From: Chiloscyllium plagiosum
Taxonomy: Eukaryota
NCBI RefSeq assembly: GCF_004010195.1
Contig: NC_057719.1
Location: forward strand, 42,431,820-42,495,819
DNA length: 64,000 nucleotides
Direction of reading: 5' to 3'
How positions within the stretch are numbered: position 1 is the first letter of the stretch; every line of letters begins with the position of its first letter. Positions 25,850-37,362 of the stretch are shown piece by piece. A program made the translations under genes and the position numbers. The notes below the pieces were generated by a model that did not search any database, had not been told where the DNA came from, and saw only the letters and a list, made by a program, of their open reading frames with translations.

Positions 25850-27550
25850 TTTTGATGACTGAAAGATGACAAGTTTCAAATCTTGTCTACTTTTAGCAAT
25901 GTTTAATCCCTAGAATTGGCAATGATAATGCCACTAAAAGTTGAGGAGCAATGATTAGACTTTCTCTTGCTGGAGATAGTCATTGTCTGGCACTTCTGGA
26001 ACACAAATGTTACTTGCCCCCTGAGAGCCCAAGTATGGATATTGTCCAAGGTTTACAATGTATGAACCTAGATCACTTCAGTATCTGAGGAGTCACAAAT
26101 AATGCTGAACATTGTGCAGGCATCAGTGAACAATTCTGACCTCATGATAGAAGGAAAAATCATTGATGAAGCAGCTGAATACCATTGGGACCAGACACCA
26201 TTCAGAAGAACTCCTCCACAGATAACCTGGAGCTGAGATGACTGACCTTCAACAACCACAACTACCTCCTTATGTGCTAGGCAATGTTCCCTCTAAGCTG
26301 CACTCTGAAGTTCTACACATGCCTTTCGCAGCACTGACTTCCAGTTCTTGAAGATTTTGTAAGTGTTTCCATTAAATAAATGGAGCTCCAGGACAAAAAT
26401 CTCAAAATTCAGTCCAATAATCATGAATAAAATGATGATTTTTTTCTTTTGTTACAAAAAGAACTCAGTGGCCTGAGAAGCTGGAGAGAAAATTAGAGGG
26501 AGCGCTGGTGAGTAGGAATTTCGTCAGCCAGAGAGGGATAACTTGTGGAACTCAAGTCTTTGAATGTACTTGAGAGAAATAGATAGGTTCTTGATTAGCA
26601 AGGAGATCAAGATTACGGGGAGAAGGCAGGGTAATGGGGCTGAGAAACATATCAGCCAGGATCAAATGGCAGAACAGACTCAATGAGCCAAATGGCCTAA
26701 TTTTGCTCCTATATCTTATGCTCTTAGGCTACATATAACCCTAAAGCTACCCCCAGTTCCCACTAGCTCTCATTTTGCGAGGGTTTCTTGATGCCACAAT
26801 GCATCCTTGATGTCAAGGGCTGTCATTCTTACCTCACCTCTAGAATTCAGTTCTCTTGTCCATGTTTGAACCAAAGCTGTAACAAGGTCAGGGGCTGAGT
26901 GAACCTGCTGGAATTCAAACCAAGTGTCCATGAGCAGCTTATTGCTAAGCAGGTGCTGCTCAATAGCACTGCTGAAAACTCCTTCCATCATTTTACTGAT
27001 AAGGAGAAGAATGATGGGGTGGTAATTGGCTGGGTTGGATTTGACCTGCTTTTTCTGTGCAGAATACACCTGAGCAATTTTTCACTTTGCTGGGTAGACG
27101 TTGATGTTGTAGCTGTACTGGGACGGCTTGGTGAAGGATGTGGCAAGTTCCAAAGCAAAGGTCTTCAGTACTGTTGTCGAAATCTTGTTGAATTCCGTAG
27201 ACTATGCAGTATCTAGGCCCTTCAGTCTTTTTTTTGATATCACATGGGATGGACTGAAAAGACTGAAGCCTGGTATCTGATTCTCGAGGCTTTTGTTTGA
27301 AATAGATCATTTACTCAGCTGTTCTGTTTGAATATAGGCTGAAGCATTTGCAACCGTCTTTTGCACTGATGTGCTGGACTCCCCCATCACGGAGAATAAC
27401 GATAAATGTTGCACCTCCTCCTCCAGTTAGTTACTTAATTGTACATCACCTTTACAACTGGATGTGGCAGATTGCAGAGTTTTGAGCATATCCATTGGTT
27501 GATGGAATTATTCAGCTCTGTCTGTAACATATTGTTTTTACTATTTAGTT
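25850..27550 (-). mobile_element. Second LINE family (CR1/L2 group) RT fragments, interrupted by a + strand CR1 3' end (~26520-26725)
   Basis: SNPANYHPI..SKMMEG, SAPDLVTALVQTW..ALDIK. Confidence 0.75.
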
Positions 27551-28025
27551 TGCAAGTATTAGAGGTGTAAATGCATTCAAGAAGGTACAAGAAAGATTCA
27601 GGCAATGGGTTGGAGAGTTGAGGAACTTCAGTTAAGTGGATAGATTAGAGTCACTGGAGTTATTCTCCTTTGCAAGAGGAAGTGTATTAGAGGTGTTCAA
27701 AATTATAGGAGTGGGGAGGTCAGACAATCAGAAAAAATATAAATGAATTTGTTTTAGTTAGTGACCAGATGAAGGAGCAGATTTCATCAAATTATGGTGG
27801 TTGCCAATTGTGAAAAGAAGCAATTATGACATAAAAAAAAAGCTGTTTTATGTGAAATGCATTGCCCAATGAGAATGTGGTTCAGGCAAATTTAATGCAG
27901 ACTTTCAGAATGGAATTGTGTACGTTTTGTCAGACTGCATAGAAAAGGCAGGTGAGAGAGGGAGTGAGTGAGTTGTTAATGCAGATAACCAGCATGGACA
28001 TTATAGAATGGTTGCAGTGCATTTG

Positions 28026-31000
28026 GAACACAGAACAACACAGAGCAGAACAGGCCCTTCGGCCCTCGATGTTGCGCCGACCTGTGAACTATTCTCAGCT
28101 TGTTCCCCCTACACTATCCCATCATCATCCATGTGCTTATGTAAGGATTGTTTAAATCTCCCTAATGTGGCTGAGTTGACTACATTAGCAGGTATTGCAT
28201 TCCACACCCTTACCACTCTCTGCATAATGAACCTGCCCCTGACATCTGTCTTAAATATATCACTCCTCAATTTGTAGTTATGCCCCCTCGTACAAGCTGA
28301 AGTAATCATCCTAGGAAAAAGACTTTCACTGTCTACCCTATCTAATCCTCTGATCATCTTATGTGTCTCTATCAAATCCCCTCTTAGCCTTCTTCTTGCC
28401 AATGAGGACAGGTTCAAGTCATAGAATCATAGAGATGTACAGCATGGAAATAGACCCTTCAGTCCAACCTGTCCATGCCGATCAGATATCCCAACCCAAT
28501 CTAGTACCACCTGCCAGCACACAGCCCACAACCTTCCAAACCCTTCCTATTCATACACCCATCCAAATGCCTCTTAAATGTTGTAATTGTACCAGCCTCC
28601 ACTACTTCCTCCAGCAGCTCGTACCACCCTCTGTGTGAAAGAGTTGCCCCTTAGGTCTCTTTTATATCTTTCCCCTCTCACCCTAAACCTATGCCCTCTA
28701 GTTCTGGACTCCCCCGCCCCATGGAAAAGACTTTGCCTATTTACCTTATCCATGCCCCTCAATTTTGTAAACCTCTAGAAGGTCATCCCTCAGCCTCCGA
28801 CACTCCAGGGAAAACAGCCCCAGCCTGTTCAGCCTCTCCATCTAGCTCAATTCCTCCAACCGTGGCAACATCCTTGTAAATCTTTTCGGAACCCTTTCAA
28901 CTTTCACATCTTTCCGATAGGAAGGAGACCAGAATTGCACACAATATTCCAACAGTGGCCTAACCAGTATCCTGTACAGCCGCAACATGACATCCCAAGA
29001 GCCTTTCCTCATAAGACCTTCCCTCCAGACCAGGCAACATCCTGGTAAATCTCCTCTGCACCTTTTCCAATGCGTCCACATCCTTCTCGAAATATGGGGA
29101 CCAGAACTGTACGCAATATTCTAAGTGTGGCCACACTAGCGTTTTGTATAGTTGCAGCATGATATTGCAGCTCCGAAACTCAATCCCTCTACGAATGAAA
29201 CCTAACACACCGTATGCCTTCTTAACAGCACTGTCAACCTGGGTGGCAACTTTTAGGGATCTATGTACATGGACTCCAAGATCCTTCTGCACATTCACAT
29301 GACCAAGAATCTTTCCATTGACCCAGTACTCTGCCTTCCTGTTATTCTTCCCAAAGTACATCACCTCACATTTAACTGCATTGAACTCCATTTGCCACCT
29401 CACAGCCCAATTCTGCAGTTTATCCAAGTCCCCCTGCAACCTGTAACATTCTTCCAAACTGTCCACTACTCCACCGACTTTAGTGTCGTCTGCAAATTTA
29501 CTAATCCATCCACCTATGCCTGCGTCTAAGTCAGTTATAAAAATGACAAACAGCACTGGTCCCAAAACAGGTCCTTGTGGCATACCACTAGTAACCGGAC
29601 TCCAGACTGAATATTTTCCATCAACCACCACTCGCTGCCTTCTTTCAGAAAGCCAGTTTCTAATCGAAACTGCTAAATCACCCACAATTCCATGCCCCTG
29701 CATTTTCTCCATCAGCCTATCATGTGGAACCTTCTCAAAGGCTTTACTGAAGTCCATGTATACCANNNNNNNNNNNNNNNNNNNNNNNNNNNNNNNNNNN
29801 NNNNNNNNNNNNNNNNNNNNNNNNNNNNNNNNNNNNNNNNNNNNNNNNNTCAAAAAACTCAATGAGGTTTGTGAGACATGACCTGCCCTTGACGAAACCA
29901 TGTTGACGATCTGCAATCAATTTGTTGTTTACTAGATGATTATAAACCTTATCTCGTATAATCCTTTCCAAAACTTTTTCTACAAAAGAAGTAAGGCTCA
30001 CTGGGTCATTTCTACTGCCTTCTTGAACAAGGGCACAACATTTGCAATCCTCCAGTCCTCTGGTACCAAACCTGTAGACAATGATGACTCAAATATCAAA
30101 GCCAAAGGGTCTGCTGTCTCTTCCCTAGCTTCCCAGAGAATCTTTGGATAAATCCCATCTGGCCCAGGGGACTTATCTACTTTCACTCCTTCTAGAATTG
30201 ATAACACCTGTTTGTAACTAACCTCGATCCTTTCTCGTACCTCATTCTTCTTCTCTACAATATTCTCCTTCTCCTGAGTGAAAACCAATGAAAAATGTTC
30301 GTTTAGCACCTCTCCGATCTCCACAGGGTCCACATTCAACTTCCCACTTCTGTCTTTGATTGGCCCTATTCCTATCCTAATCATCCTTTTATTCCTCACA
30401 TACCTATAGAAAGCTTTAGAGTTCTCCTTTATTCTATTTGCTAAAGACTGCTTGTGTCCTCTCTTTGCTCTTCTTAACTGTCTCTTTAACTCTCCTTCCT
30501 GGCTGATCTGTAACTCTCCATCGCCTCATCTGAACCATCTTGCCTCATCAACACATAAGCCTCCTTCTTCTTCATAACAAGAGATGCAAATTCTGTAGTA
30601 AACCATGGTTCCCTTACCTTATCACTTCGTCCCTGCCTGACAGGGACATACCTATCAAGGACACGCAATATCTGTTCCTTAAACCAGCTCCACATTTCCA
30701 TTGTCTGCATCCCCTGCATTTTGCTGCCCCATTCTATGCCTAATTCTTGCCTAATCGCATTATAATTGCCCTTGCCCCATCGATAACCCATGACCTGTGG
30801 CATGTACCTATCCCTTTCCATTGCTAAACTAAACGTAATTGAATTATGGTCACTCTTTCCAAAGTGCTCACCTACAACTAAATCAAACACCTGGCCTGGT
30901 ACATTACCAAGCACAGATCCAGTGTGGCCTCCCCTCTTGACCGCCCTTCGACATACTGTGTTAGGAAACCCTCCTGTACACATTGGACAAAAACTGATCC

Positions 31001-32130
31001 ATCCGACGTACTAGAGTTAGAGCATTTACAATCAATGTTGGGGAAGTTAAAGTCCCCCATAATGACTATTCTGTTCCTTTCACTCCTACCCAAAATAATT
31101 TTGCTAATTCTCTCTTCCACCTCCCTGGAACTCTGCAGAGGCCTATAAAAAACTGCAAGCAGTGTGACCTCTCCTCTTTTGTTTCTAACCTCAGCCCACA
31201 CTACCTCAGTAGACGAGTCCTCATCTAAAGTTCTCTCAGCCACACCTCCTCCTCTTTTACCGCCTTGTCTGTTCTTAATGAAAGATCTAAACCCTGGAAC
31301 CTGAAACATCCATTCCTCACCCTGCTCTATCCATGTCTCCGAAATGGCCACAACATCGAAGTCCCAGGTACCTATCCAAACTGCAAGCTCACCTACCTTA
31401 TTTCAGATACTTCTGGCATTGAAGTAGACACACTTCAAACCAGTTTGCTGTCTGCCAGCATGTACCTGTGACCCTGAAATCCTGTCCCTGTCCTTCCTAC
31501 TCTCATTCTCCTGTGCACTGCAACAATACCTCAGATTCCCACCCCCCTGCTGAGCTAGTTTAAACCCACCTGAATTGCACCAGCAAATTTCCCACCCAGG
31601 ATATTAGTATCCCTCCGGTTCAAGTGAAGACCATCCTGTTTGTACAGGTCCCACCTTCCCCAGAATGAGCCCCAATTATCCAAGAACCTGAAACCCTCCC
31701 TCCTGCACCATCCTTGCAGCCATGTGTTCAGCTGATATCTCTCCCTATTCCTTGCCTCGCTATCACATGACACAGGCAACAAACCAGATATAACAACTCT
31801 GTTTGTTCTAGCTCTCAGCTTCCACTCTAGCTCCCTACAATCCTGCCTTACATCCCTATCCATCTTTCTACCTATGTCGTTGGTACCTACATGGACAACG
31901 ACTTGAGGCTGGTCACCCTCTCCCTTCACGACCCCAAAGATACGATTAGAGACATCACCGACCCTGGCACCTGGGAGGCAACATATCAACCGTGAGTCTC
32001 GTTCGTTCCCTACAAATCTTCTATCTGAACCTTTAACTATTGAGTCCCCAATGACTAACACTCTCCTCCTTTCCCTCCTTCCCTTCTGTGCAACAGGGAC
32101 GAGCTCTGTGCCAGAGACCTGGGCCCCACT
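28026..32130 (-). mobile_element. Near full-length CR1 LINE: ORF1 SGNH-esterase domain (31555-32061) plus ORF2 APE-RT; another CR1 3' end nested at ~28415-28998
   Basis: ORF1 VIGDSIV..PGARV..VHVGTND..DGLHLN; ORF2 AISETW, MGDFNFP, SDHN, KSPGPDG, PQGPVLGP, KFADDTK; frameshifted. Confidence 0.95.
29766..29849. other. Assembly gap (84 N)
   Basis: Run of n. Confidence 1.
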
Positions 32131-32394
32131 GCATATTTGTCCTATGATTTGAATCCTGTGTTGTACCTTGACTAGATTATCACCTCACTTTTAGGTATAT
32201 TTTATGCAGCTCCTTGCATGTTCTTTTGCACTTCCCATTGGACCAAGGTTGATCCTCTGCTTTGATAATAACGTAGATTGAGAGATATATCAGGCCATGA
32301 AATTACAGCTTGAGTAAATATAATTTTACTCTTGCTCATGGCCCATAGCCCCTCAGTGATGCCCAGTTGTGATGCTTGTATTAAATCCATACGA

Positions 32395-32621
32395 GAGAAA
32401 GTGAGGGCTGCAGATGCTGGAGATCAGAGCTGAAAATGTGTTGCTGGAAAAGCGCAGCAGGTCAGGCAGCATCCAAGGAACAGAAGAATCGACGTTTCGG
32501 GCATAAGCCCTTCTTCAGGAAGAAGGGCTTATTCCTGAAGGGCTTATGCCCGAAACGTTGATTCTCCTGTTCCTTGGATGCTGCCTGACCTGCTGCGCTT
32601 TTCCAGCAACACATTTTCAGC
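32395..32621. mobile_element. Palindromic Penelope-like terminal insertion with 14-bp TSD
   Basis: TTAAATCCATACGA at 32381-32394 and 32622-32635; inverted arms 32428-32513 and 32537-32622. Confidence 0.85.
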
Positions 32622-33625
32622 TTAAATCCATACGAATTTTGTACAGTGGCAGTGCCACACAACATGGAGCGTGCAGAAAGGATCCCATCCCCAAAAGGAC
32701 TTTTCAATCGTCATTTCTATCAATAATGTCATCAACAAATGCATCTGCAACAGATGAATTTGGTGAAAAAAAAAAGTTGAATGCAAGTAGGTTTATTCAC
32801 CCACCTGCCACAGACCTAGTCAGATAAACACATCCACGAGGACTCAGCCAGCTCTGCCAGTGCTGGTGATACTGAAACTCACTCAGTGGATGGATGTTAA
32901 GTTGTGTTAGTGAGAAATGAGAAGAATGGTTTTGGAGGAAAGTATACAATCAGTTACAGAAGTTTTAGTGATTCTGCCTGTCAAGCATCAAAGAGATTGA
33001 AGAAAATCAATAAAAGAAGTTGCGCAATGGTGATGCAAGTGTGAAACCTGAGATTTAAAGCCTTAGCGCATCTACCCCACTGGTATTTTGAAGAAAAGGA
33101 AGGGAACACTCTTCCCATTATGGTAACTAACACTTCCCAAGGTCATCATTCCATCTGATATTGCTGCACGTGGGGCCTTGCTGCATGCAAATTGGCAACA
33201 ACAGGAAGTGCACTTCCAAAATGTACACTGATCAGCTCTATTGCATACTGAAGCAGTCTAAGGGCGTGAAAGGTGCTGTATAAATCCAAAGCTATCTTAA
33301 AGTTACAAAATCTCAAACAAAATATTAACCTTTATTCCTCTCACCTCACACATTCACAAAAGAAGCAGAAGCTTACAAATTAACTCGTGAGAAACTAGAT
33401 GGGTGTTTAATTTATTTAAGTGTATTTCTTGGTCTATTTTAATTCACTTGTTACAATTATGGTATTATATCTTAGTAATGCTTTCAGTAATTATCAGCAG
33501 TTAGCAACAACAGTAATTTCTAATCTATGGGGTACTATTCCGATATAATCAAAAATGTCATTCCGCTAAATAATGAAAGTTATAATATATTTGGTGTTTG
33601 CGTATATGCAATTAAGACATCCTAC

Positions 33626-33770
33626 CACTTTGTCTTTTGGTCTAGTGCGAGAAATTTCTATGGCATCAGTCCATGAGTGATCAGTAGGGGACTGTAGGTG
33701 GTAGTCCATGATGTCATCCTCTTGCTTCAGACTATCTGCTACTGTTTGGATGGCTTTTGTCCATTCTTCC
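33626..33770 (-). CDS. AKT1: AKT1-like coding exon 4 (PH C-helix and linker: REEWTKAIQTVADSLKQEDDIMDYHLQSPTDHSWTDAIEISRTRPKDKV)
   Basis: ttacag|GGAAGAATGG ... AAAGTG|gtagga; 145 bp, phases compatible with both neighbours; no stop codon. Confidence 0.92.
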
Positions 33771-34026
33771 CTGTAAGAATATAACTAAAAACAATTAATC
33801 GATCATTCTAAATCTCACCTTGCATACCAGATAAATTACTTTTGAAACATTCCAAAACTAATGTTTCTGCAATACATTTAATAATTTTTTTGTAAAACAT
33901 ATTTTTAGAGATTTTTTATTAAACTGTTCAAAGCTTCATCTTATAATTACAGATAAAATGATCAGCAGATAAACAATGCAATTTTATCAGTCACTTGATT
34001 TTCCCCCAATTGCAACAGGTTTTCAA

Positions 34027-35510
34027 ATTGAATTGAATTGAATTTATTGTCATGTGTACTGAGGCACCATGAAAAGCTTTGTCTTGTGAGCAATACAGGC
34101 AGATCACATAGTTTAGTAGTATAGTTGGTAAATAATAGGTAAACAGCGGCACAAACAAAACACAAGTACAGGCGAATGTTAAGAGTTTGAGAGTCCATTC
34201 AGTATTCTAACACCAGTAGGGTACAAACTGTTGCGAAACCAGCTGGTGCATCTATTCAGGCTTCTGTACCTTCTCCCCGATGGTAGAGGTTGTAGAAAAA
34301 CATTGCCAGGGTGGGATGGATCTTTCAGAATGCTGGCCTCTCTTCGACAGTGGGCCTGGTAGATGGAATCTATAGATGGGAGGTTGGTCTTTGTGATTGT
34401 CCAGGTTGAGTTCACCACTCTCTGTAACCGTCTCCAATCTTGAATGGTACAGTTGCCATATCAGGTGGTCATACATCCAGACAGAATGCTCTCAATGGAG
34501 CACCTATAAAAGTTGGCTAGGGTATTCGTCGTCCTGCCAATTTTTCTCAGCTGCCTGAGGAAAAAAAAGAGATATTGTTGGGCCTTTGTAACCAGTGAAT
34601 CCATAAGAAGAGAGCTTGCTGCGGATGACGACTCCCAGGAGCTTGACACTCTCCACTCGTTCCACCTCTGTGCTGTTAATGTGTGGGGAGGGGGGGCATG
34701 AGTAACATCCCGCCAAAAGTCAATAACGAGTTCCTTCGTTCTGCTGGCATAGGCTAGGTTGTTCTGAGTGCACCATTTTTCCAGGTCTTCCACCTCCCGT
34801 CTGTAGTCTGTTTTGTCGCCATCTGAGATTCGACCGACTATGGTGGTGTCATCAGTGAACTTGTAAATGGCATTAGTCTGGTATTTGGTGATGCAGTCAT
34901 GGGTATACAGTGAGTACAATAGGGGAGCTGAGTATGCACCCCTGGGGGCTCCAGTGTTGAGTGTTAGTGAGGATGAAATATCGTTCCCCATCTTCACTGA
35001 TTGTGGCCTGTCGGTCAGGATGCTGTGGATCCAGTTGTAGAGAGTGGGGCTTAGTACGAGATCACTAAGTCCAGTAATCAGTCTTGAGGGGATAATAAAG
35101 TTGAAGGCTGAACTGTAGTCAATGAGTAGGATTCTTACATAGCTGTTCTTGGTGTCAAGATGTTCTAGGGAGTGAAGGGCAAGTGAAATGGCATCTGATG
35201 TGGATCTGTTGGTCTGATAGGCAAATTGGAGTGAATCAAGAGTAGTGGGGAGGCTGGAGTTGATTCATGCCATGACCAGCCTTTCAAAGCAGCAACGTTA
35301 GGACCACTGGGCAGTAGTCATTGAGACATGCTGCATGAGCCTTCTTAGGCACAGAGATGACGTTGATCCTCTTGAAACAGGCAGGGACAGTGACCTGCTG
35401 CAGGGAGAGGTTGAAGATGTCCGAGAAGACCTCTGTCAGTTGATCTGCGCATGCTCTGAGTGCACGGCCTAGTACTCCGTCTGATCCCATCACTTTCCTT
35501 GGATTCACAA
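34027..35510 (-). mobile_element. Rex1/Babar-type LINE, 5'-truncated
   Basis: [53 protein letters not shown]; tail ACAATAAA(TTCAA)n. Confidence 0.85.
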
Positions 35511-36059
35511 GAAGGAAAACTGATCTGGCCTCTGAAATGTGAAGTTACTTTGTATTGTTTTCAATTCACAAGTTATCTTAGTATTCCACAACCAGTTACT
35601 AATGGGTGGCAGGTAAAACTGCTTAAAAAACATGGATCCCTACTTTACCACGCCATTGACGATAGGTACTTTTTCTAAAAATTCACTCATGGATGTGTGC
35701 TGAGCTAGCATTTATTGCTTAATCTTAGGTGCTTCTTGAATCGCTGCAGTCCATTTGGTGAAAGTTGACGAATAATGCTTTTTGGAAGCAAGTTCAAGGA
35801 TTATGACCCAGCGACAGTGAAGGAACAGCAATATATTTCCATGTCAGGATGGTGAGTGGCTTGGAGAGGAACTTGCAGGTGGCAAGGTTCGCATGTATCT
35901 GCTACCCTTATGTTTCTGGAAAGCGGTGATCACAGCTTTGGAAGGTCTTGGTTAATAGTTTATTCAACATAGTCATCAATGTGAGCTTGGATTTATAGAT
36001 TTAACTGACTGCGGATGCTACGTATCCACTTCCTGTACTTCAGCACAAAACAAAAATAT

Positions 36060-36545
36060 AGACTGACACTCCAGCAGAATGCCGAGAGAGCACTGGACTA
36101 TCAGGGGTGCCAGAATTTGGATGAGACGTTCAACTGAGATGCTGTTTATCTACTGGGGTAGACATAAAAGATCCCATGGATTATGCTGAAGTAAAGCTGA
36201 CAAGTTAACCAGAGTCCAGACCTTCATTAATCTCTGAATTAGAGACAGAGTCATACTGCATGGAAACAGACTTTTCAGTTCAACTCAACCATGCCAACCA
36301 GATATCCTAAATTAACCTAATCACATTTGCCAGCATTTGGCCTATATCTCTCTAAACCCTTCCTAATCATATACCCATCCAGACACCTTTTAAAAGTTGC
36401 AATTATACCCATCTCCACCATTTCCTCTGGCAGCTCATTCTATACATAGATGATCCACTGCATGAAACAGCTAACATCACAAAACAAATAACTTGGTTAT
36501 TGTCATACTACTGCCTATGCAAGTTTGCTGCATGCAAAACTGTCT
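36060..36545 (+). mobile_element. Deu-domain SINE remnant (SacSINE1/AmnSINE1-like) split by a minus-strand CR1 3' end (~36241-36470)
   Basis: GGATGAGACGTTCAACTGAG...TAAAAGATCCCATGG resembles the Deu domain as recalled; other remnants at ~1250-1500, ~2530-2720, ~19400-19650. Confidence 0.55.
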
Positions 36546-36616
36546 TAAATCCAAAGAGAAACAAAACAGCAATCCCCTGATCGACTCTGGCAAGAAAATG
36601 AACATGTTTCTTATTT

Positions 36617-37340
36617 TTAAAGACAACTAATGCTGGAGATCAATTGGGTCAGACAGTATCCACGGGGAGAGAACAAGCTAACATTGAGTCTAGATGACAC
36701 TTCACCAGAACTGACATAAAGTGTGGAGGGGACAGCATTCATGCTATGATTTGGAGAGTGGGGGTTGTGTTGAAGGGTGTTGACACTGGGTGCACAGATG
36801 CCAGTGAAGAAAAGATGTTGACAGTTCAGCTTAAGTGAATCACAGTTCTTGTGAATCACAGCGCAAACTGGAGGAACAGCATCTCATTTTCAGACTAGGC
36901 ACTTTGCAACCTTCTGCACTTAATATTCTGTTCAACACCTTCAAACTGGGAACATTTCCTCCCTTTCTTTTAGCTTGTTATCATGTCCTCCCCTCCCCGC
37001 ATCCCACTTACTATCCTTTCAAGTCTGGCAGGAGATACGCTATTGTTCTGCCATTCTCACAGGCTTGAGCTGAAATATCAATATATTTTCATCACCAGCA
37101 CCCTACACCCACTGTCCCCAGTACCATCCCAAACCAGATTATAGCATAAATACTGTCCCCTCCACACTTCAACTCTGATGAAGAGTCATCTAAACTCGAA
37201 ACTTTAGTTTGCTCTCTTTAGAGTTTTAGATCTAAGGAAAATGCACCTGCATTTGGTCTTCAGTCACGCTATAATGAGAAGCTATCTGACTTGCTGTGAT
37301 CTCCAGCATTTGTTGCCTTCAGTACAGATTCCAGCATCTG
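36617..37340 (+). mobile_element. Penelope-like element 3' fragment (GIY-YIG C-terminus and terminal repeat) with an inverted 5' copy of the terminus
   Basis: RKLEEQHLIFRLGTLQP at 36862-36912; CTGATGA-A-GAGT..ACTC-GAAAC at 37175-37202; 36617-36750 is an inverted copy of the 37130-37340 region. Confidence 0.75.
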
Positions 37341-37362
37341 CAGTGATTTGTTACTATATTTA

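Noticed and set aside
31555..32061. SGNH hydrolase ORF as a host gene
   Set aside because: It sits immediately upstream of APE-RT ORF2 in canonical CR1 ORF1 position and has no introns
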